A stretch of DNA of 63,296 nt, filler included, from Hyphochytrium catenoides (taxonomy: Eukaryota; Protista; Hyphochytriomycota), in NCBI GenBank assembly GCA_900088475.1. It is 15 parts of 15 records of this genome, joined end to end, with 100 filler letters (N's around TTAATTAATTAA, not from the genome) between each part and the next. Parts side by side here need not be neighbours in the genome. Positions count along the whole stretch, not along the records: positions 57,059 to 62,115 come from FLMG01002863.1; positions 62,216 to 63,296 come from FLMG01002248.1; 13 more parts are not named here. One strand, given 5' to 3'. A model generated the notes under the pieces. That model searched no databases. It was not told the DNA's origin and saw only the letters and a program-made list of their open reading frames with translations. Positions 59,546 through 63,296 of the stretch are shown piece after piece; within the stretch, counting starts at the first letter, position 1, and each line of letters begins with the position of its first letter. A program made the translations under genes and the position numbers.

Positions 59546-59766
59546 TCTCTCTCTCTCTCTCTCTCCGCCTCTTCCCTCACCCTCTCTTTCTCTAATTGTT
59601 GTTCCTTGCTGCTCCTTCCTCTCTTTCTGCTACAGAAGAACGACACCAGCATCTCTTTGGCTTCTCTTTCATCATAAGTAGTTGATAATCAGGTGGGAAA
59701 CAGTGAGTGCAAAGAGAAGAAGTGGGAGAGGAGAGAGAGAGAGAGAGAGAGAAATGAGAGAGAGAA

Positions 59767-59807
<41 letters not shown>

Positions 59808-60066
59808 GACAAGTGCAGCAAAAAACTATTTCCCACCTTGAAAGCGTGTCCAAGGCCCACCCACCTTCGCGACTGTTTCATGCCAACCTAAAGATTAACC
59901 GCTAATACCCTTAAAGCTATTAAAGGCTGAGGATATCTTTCTGATCCTTCGCCGCTGTCCCCCCTGTAGATCGATGGGTGTTGTAATCTTGGCGCCTCAG
60001 TTTCTGAGTTCTGTGACCCCTCAGGCCCACAGGAGAGTGGAGGAGAGAGAGAGAGGAGAGAGAGAG

Positions 60067-60118
<52 letters not shown>

Positions 60119-60195
60119 AGAGCAAAAGAAAAAGAGAGAGAGAAAGTGCGAGGGAGAGGGAGGGGAGAGAGAGAGAGAGAGAGGAAGTAAGAGAA

Positions 60196-60230
<35 letters not shown>

Positions 60231-60788
60231 AAATGGGGTCAAGCGGGTGAGGGACGGTTGGACTGATTCTCTCTCTGTCTGGCCGGGTCTCTCCCTCTCT
60301 CTCTTTTCCTTATCCTTCTATCTCCCTCTCTCTCACAAGCCCATTTTGCCAATTTATTATTAGTAAGACACACCTCGGGCCAGTCCTCGTTCTCTCTCCT
60401 CGTTTCTCTCTGTCTCTCTCTTCTCTCTTTCTTAGCCCTCTCCAAGGGAAGCTTTCTCTTCCGGGCCCCATCCACTTCTTGGCTCTTCTTAGATCAGCCG
60501 CCACATTTGCTCTTCAGCTTGTCAGGGCATTGAAGGGACAGTGTAGGAGCTATATCTTTGCGCCTCTCCAGCTCTCTCTCTCTCTCTCTCTCTGTCCTCC
60601 TCTTCTCTCTCTCTCTCTCTCTCTCTCTTTCTCCCAATTTAGTTTGCTCTCTTCACTTCATGCCTCTCACCTACTTCTCTCTCTTGGCTCTGTTTCTCAT
60701 CACGTCCTCTCTTTACTAGTACTGCCTCTCTCCTTTCTCTCTCTCTCTCTCTTCGTTCTCTCTCTCTTGTTTTCTCTCTCTCTCTGTC

Positions 60789-60821
<33 letters not shown>

Positions 60822-61159
60822 TACACAACTCTCTTCTCTCCTCTCTTCTTGGTCTCAAACACTCCTCCCTCCCACTCAGATGGTCTTCTTTCTCCTCTGT
60901 CAAGCAAGACAAGATGCCTTCCTATCTTTCCACAATGATGCCGTCCCTTCCCTCTCTACCCTGTTCATACTATGAAGNNNNNNNNNNNNNNNNNNNNNNN
61001 NNNNNNNNNNNNNNNNNNNNNNNNNNNNNNNNNNNNNNNNNNNNNNNNNNNNNNNNNNNNNNNNNNNNNNNNNNNNNNNNNNNNNNNTGCAGCCGAGGCG
61101 CCAAAGCTCTAAGATTCCCCGCCGCGCGTTGTCTCCATTCTCCAATCAGTCCGCGGCGC

Positions 61160-61191
<32 letters not shown>

Positions 61192-61206
61192 CTTCTCTCC
61201 TACAAC

Positions 61207-61252
<46 letters not shown>

Positions 61253-61701
61253 ATGGATCCCGCTCTTCTCAAGAAGTATACTCCGGAGCAGTTGAAGCTG
61301 TTGGCCGCGGTTGGCGGGAAGCTGAAGGATTGTGTGGAGCACGCTTACCTTCCCTCAGGATACCTATGCTGGATATCGGCAGGATGGTAATGTCTCTCTC
61401 TCTTTCTCTCTCTTTCTCTCTCTCCCTCTCTCTCTCTCCCCCTTTGCTTTATTTTGTTATACTTGCTGTCTCTATGTCCATATCCACCGCTCTTTCCCTC
61501 TCTCTCTCTCTTTCTGCGGCTCCCCCTATCTTTCTTCCTCTTCCTCCACTGTATTGGTGCAGCTACAGTCCCCTCTCTCTCTCTGTCTCTCTCTCTTTCT
61601 CTCTCTTGTCTATTTGAACTCTAGCCCCAATCGTTACTTGGCCTTTCAGTCCTTCACTATAAGCGACTTACTCTCTCTCCCTCCTTTCCACCCCTCCCTT
61701 T

Positions 61702-61732
<31 letters not shown>

Positions 61733-61997
61733 CTTTAATGACCAACACAGCGTCCTGGTTCTCTCTCTCCTGCGCATCCAAGACCGGCAGCTCCGTCAGT
61801 TCCCTGACAACTTGATCACAATCTTCTGTCTCCTCGCCTTCTTCCAAGAGTGCAACCTCGGGCTCACTTTTTTGACGGAGATGCAGATCTTCTCTCCCGC
61901 TTTCCATCCTCTCTGTGCCCTCCAGGCCTTTCTCTTCCAGTTCATCGCTCTCACTATGATGATCCTTTGGCTGGCCGTGCTCTTTGTCATCTATCTG
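61253..61997 (+). CDS. 7TM GPCR-like membrane protein (cAMP-receptor/family-2-like), first two exons
   Basis: MDPALL..WISAG|CVLVLSLLRIQDRQLRQFPDNLITIFCLL..LCALQAFLFQFIALTMMILWLAVLFVIYL shows the R.FP..LI loop and the C..QA...QF..W TM3 pattern; splice phase is consistent (TG|C). Confidence 0.68.
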
Positions 61998-62319
61998 GTG
62001 AGCTTTCTCTCTCTGTCTGTCTCTCTGTCCGTCTCTCTGTCTGTCTCTCTCTCTCTCCTCTCTCTGTCTCTCTGTCTCTCTCTGTCTCTCTCCCCCCGCC
62101 CCTCTCTCTCTCTTCNNNNNNNNNNNNNNNNNNNNNNNNNNNNNNNNNNNNNNNNNNNNTTAATTAATTAANNNNNNNNNNNNNNNNNNNNNNNNNNNNN
62201 NNNNNNNNNNNNNNNGCACTATCTTCGTCTTTTGTCTATGGGATAGGCTAGGCTTTCCTTTACCAACCCTGATCTCTGCCGCTCACCTCGCCTTCCCTAT
62301 TCCCCTATCAGTCTCTTAC

Positions 62320-62493
62320 CTCGTCCTTAGCAGTGAGTACGAATGCGAGGTCGCCAAAGAACTTCGTAGATAGGTCAGTGAGCCATTTTTGACGCTTGGA
62401 TGGACCCGTTGCTGTGGAAGAGGTGTGATAGATATCGTCCGGAGAGCCTTCTGCACTTTCAGAAACCGCTAGCTCTTTTGTTGGCGGGCTCAT
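62320..62493 (-). CDS. Probable first exon of an unknown gene
   Basis: An ATG-initiated, non-repetitive ORF MSPPTKELAV..AKDE ends at a gtaaga donor. Confidence 0.4.
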
Positions 62494-63296
62494 GGTATCC
62501 TCACTCTCTAGACTAACGCCTCCTCGTAGCCTGAGCGCTAGGCGCTCAACTTCAGCTTGCGGGCGATTTTTCTGTTAAACAGAGTGTGCCTAAGGCATCA
62601 GCTAATGATTAACCAGTCTCGGCTCAGCATGAATGAGTGACCTCAGTTAGCGCTCGCTCCAAAATCGAGATCCAGAGCCACTTCTGTATGATTGAGCTCG
62701 CTAGCATACTGAACGCCTCGCCGGACTTGGTCACGACTGAAAAGCCCTGGACAAGGAGAAGGGATGAAGAGGAAAAGAGATCAGCGTCAATAAACGAGGA
62801 AGAGAAGAGAACACCTAAAAGGCCAGTCGATTAGCACGGCGAAGCCTGTGCCCTGTCCTTATACCTTCAATTCAGTTTGACTGCGAGACATGAATACTCT
62901 TTGAGATCCCTGAGGATGGGGGTGGATCTCGACTATCTCTGCCTCTCCTATAAGCCAGCGCGATTGATTGATTGTCCAGAGACAAGAGGGTTAGAGAGAT
63001 AAAATATGAGAGAGAGAGACAGAGAGTGACAGAGAGAGACTGAAGTGGACGGCCTGGGGAGACTCAGGGAGAGAGAGAGGAGAGCAAGATAGCAGAAGAG
63101 TATAGAGCTATACTAACCCCGAGGATCGTATCTCGCCACGGCGCTGACTTTGCTCTTGTAGTCTATAAAGGGAAGTTAGTGAGTGGGGGACGAAGTAAGA
63201 GGAAGACACGAGCTAGGAAGAGAATATGAAACCATGCACAGGGCACCAAGCGAGCGGGGAAAGACACAACTATGAGAGGGAGAGAGGGAGAGAGAG

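Overview
This is a eukaryotic (probably protist) draft assembly, not a continuous locus. Fifteen short contigs are joined by artificial 100-bp spacers (44 N + TTAATTAATTAA + 44 N), so adjacency across spacers has no biological meaning. Host genes mostly carry GT-AG introns, many filled with (CT)n/(AG)n microsatellite. They include a PH-domain protein, a PDZ + formin-GBD protein, a ZIP metal transporter, a Cys-repeat/DnaJ protein, a hybrid histidine kinase, a class II-like HDAC, a SWSAP1-like RecA paralogue, an ABHD/YheT hydrolase, ALG8 and a GPCR-like protein. The main result is contig 23047-32534, a Polinton/Maverick-like element. It encodes an rve integrase, a giant-virus-type C2H2 zinc-finger protein and a protein-primed family B polymerase. 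After correcting five single-base frameshifts, the polymerase is about 1750 aa: N-terminal region, putative terminal protein, OTU-like protease, zinc finger, exonuclease, polymerase, Cys/His-rich domain and a C-terminal HNH nuclease. A second, divergent and decayed copy (about 47550-51430, interrupted by a Ty3/Gypsy fragment) retains the Cys/His extension and reads in frame into the start of the HNH-bearing segment, which suggests the fusion is a family trait. All domain calls come from motif recognition by eye; no searches were run.
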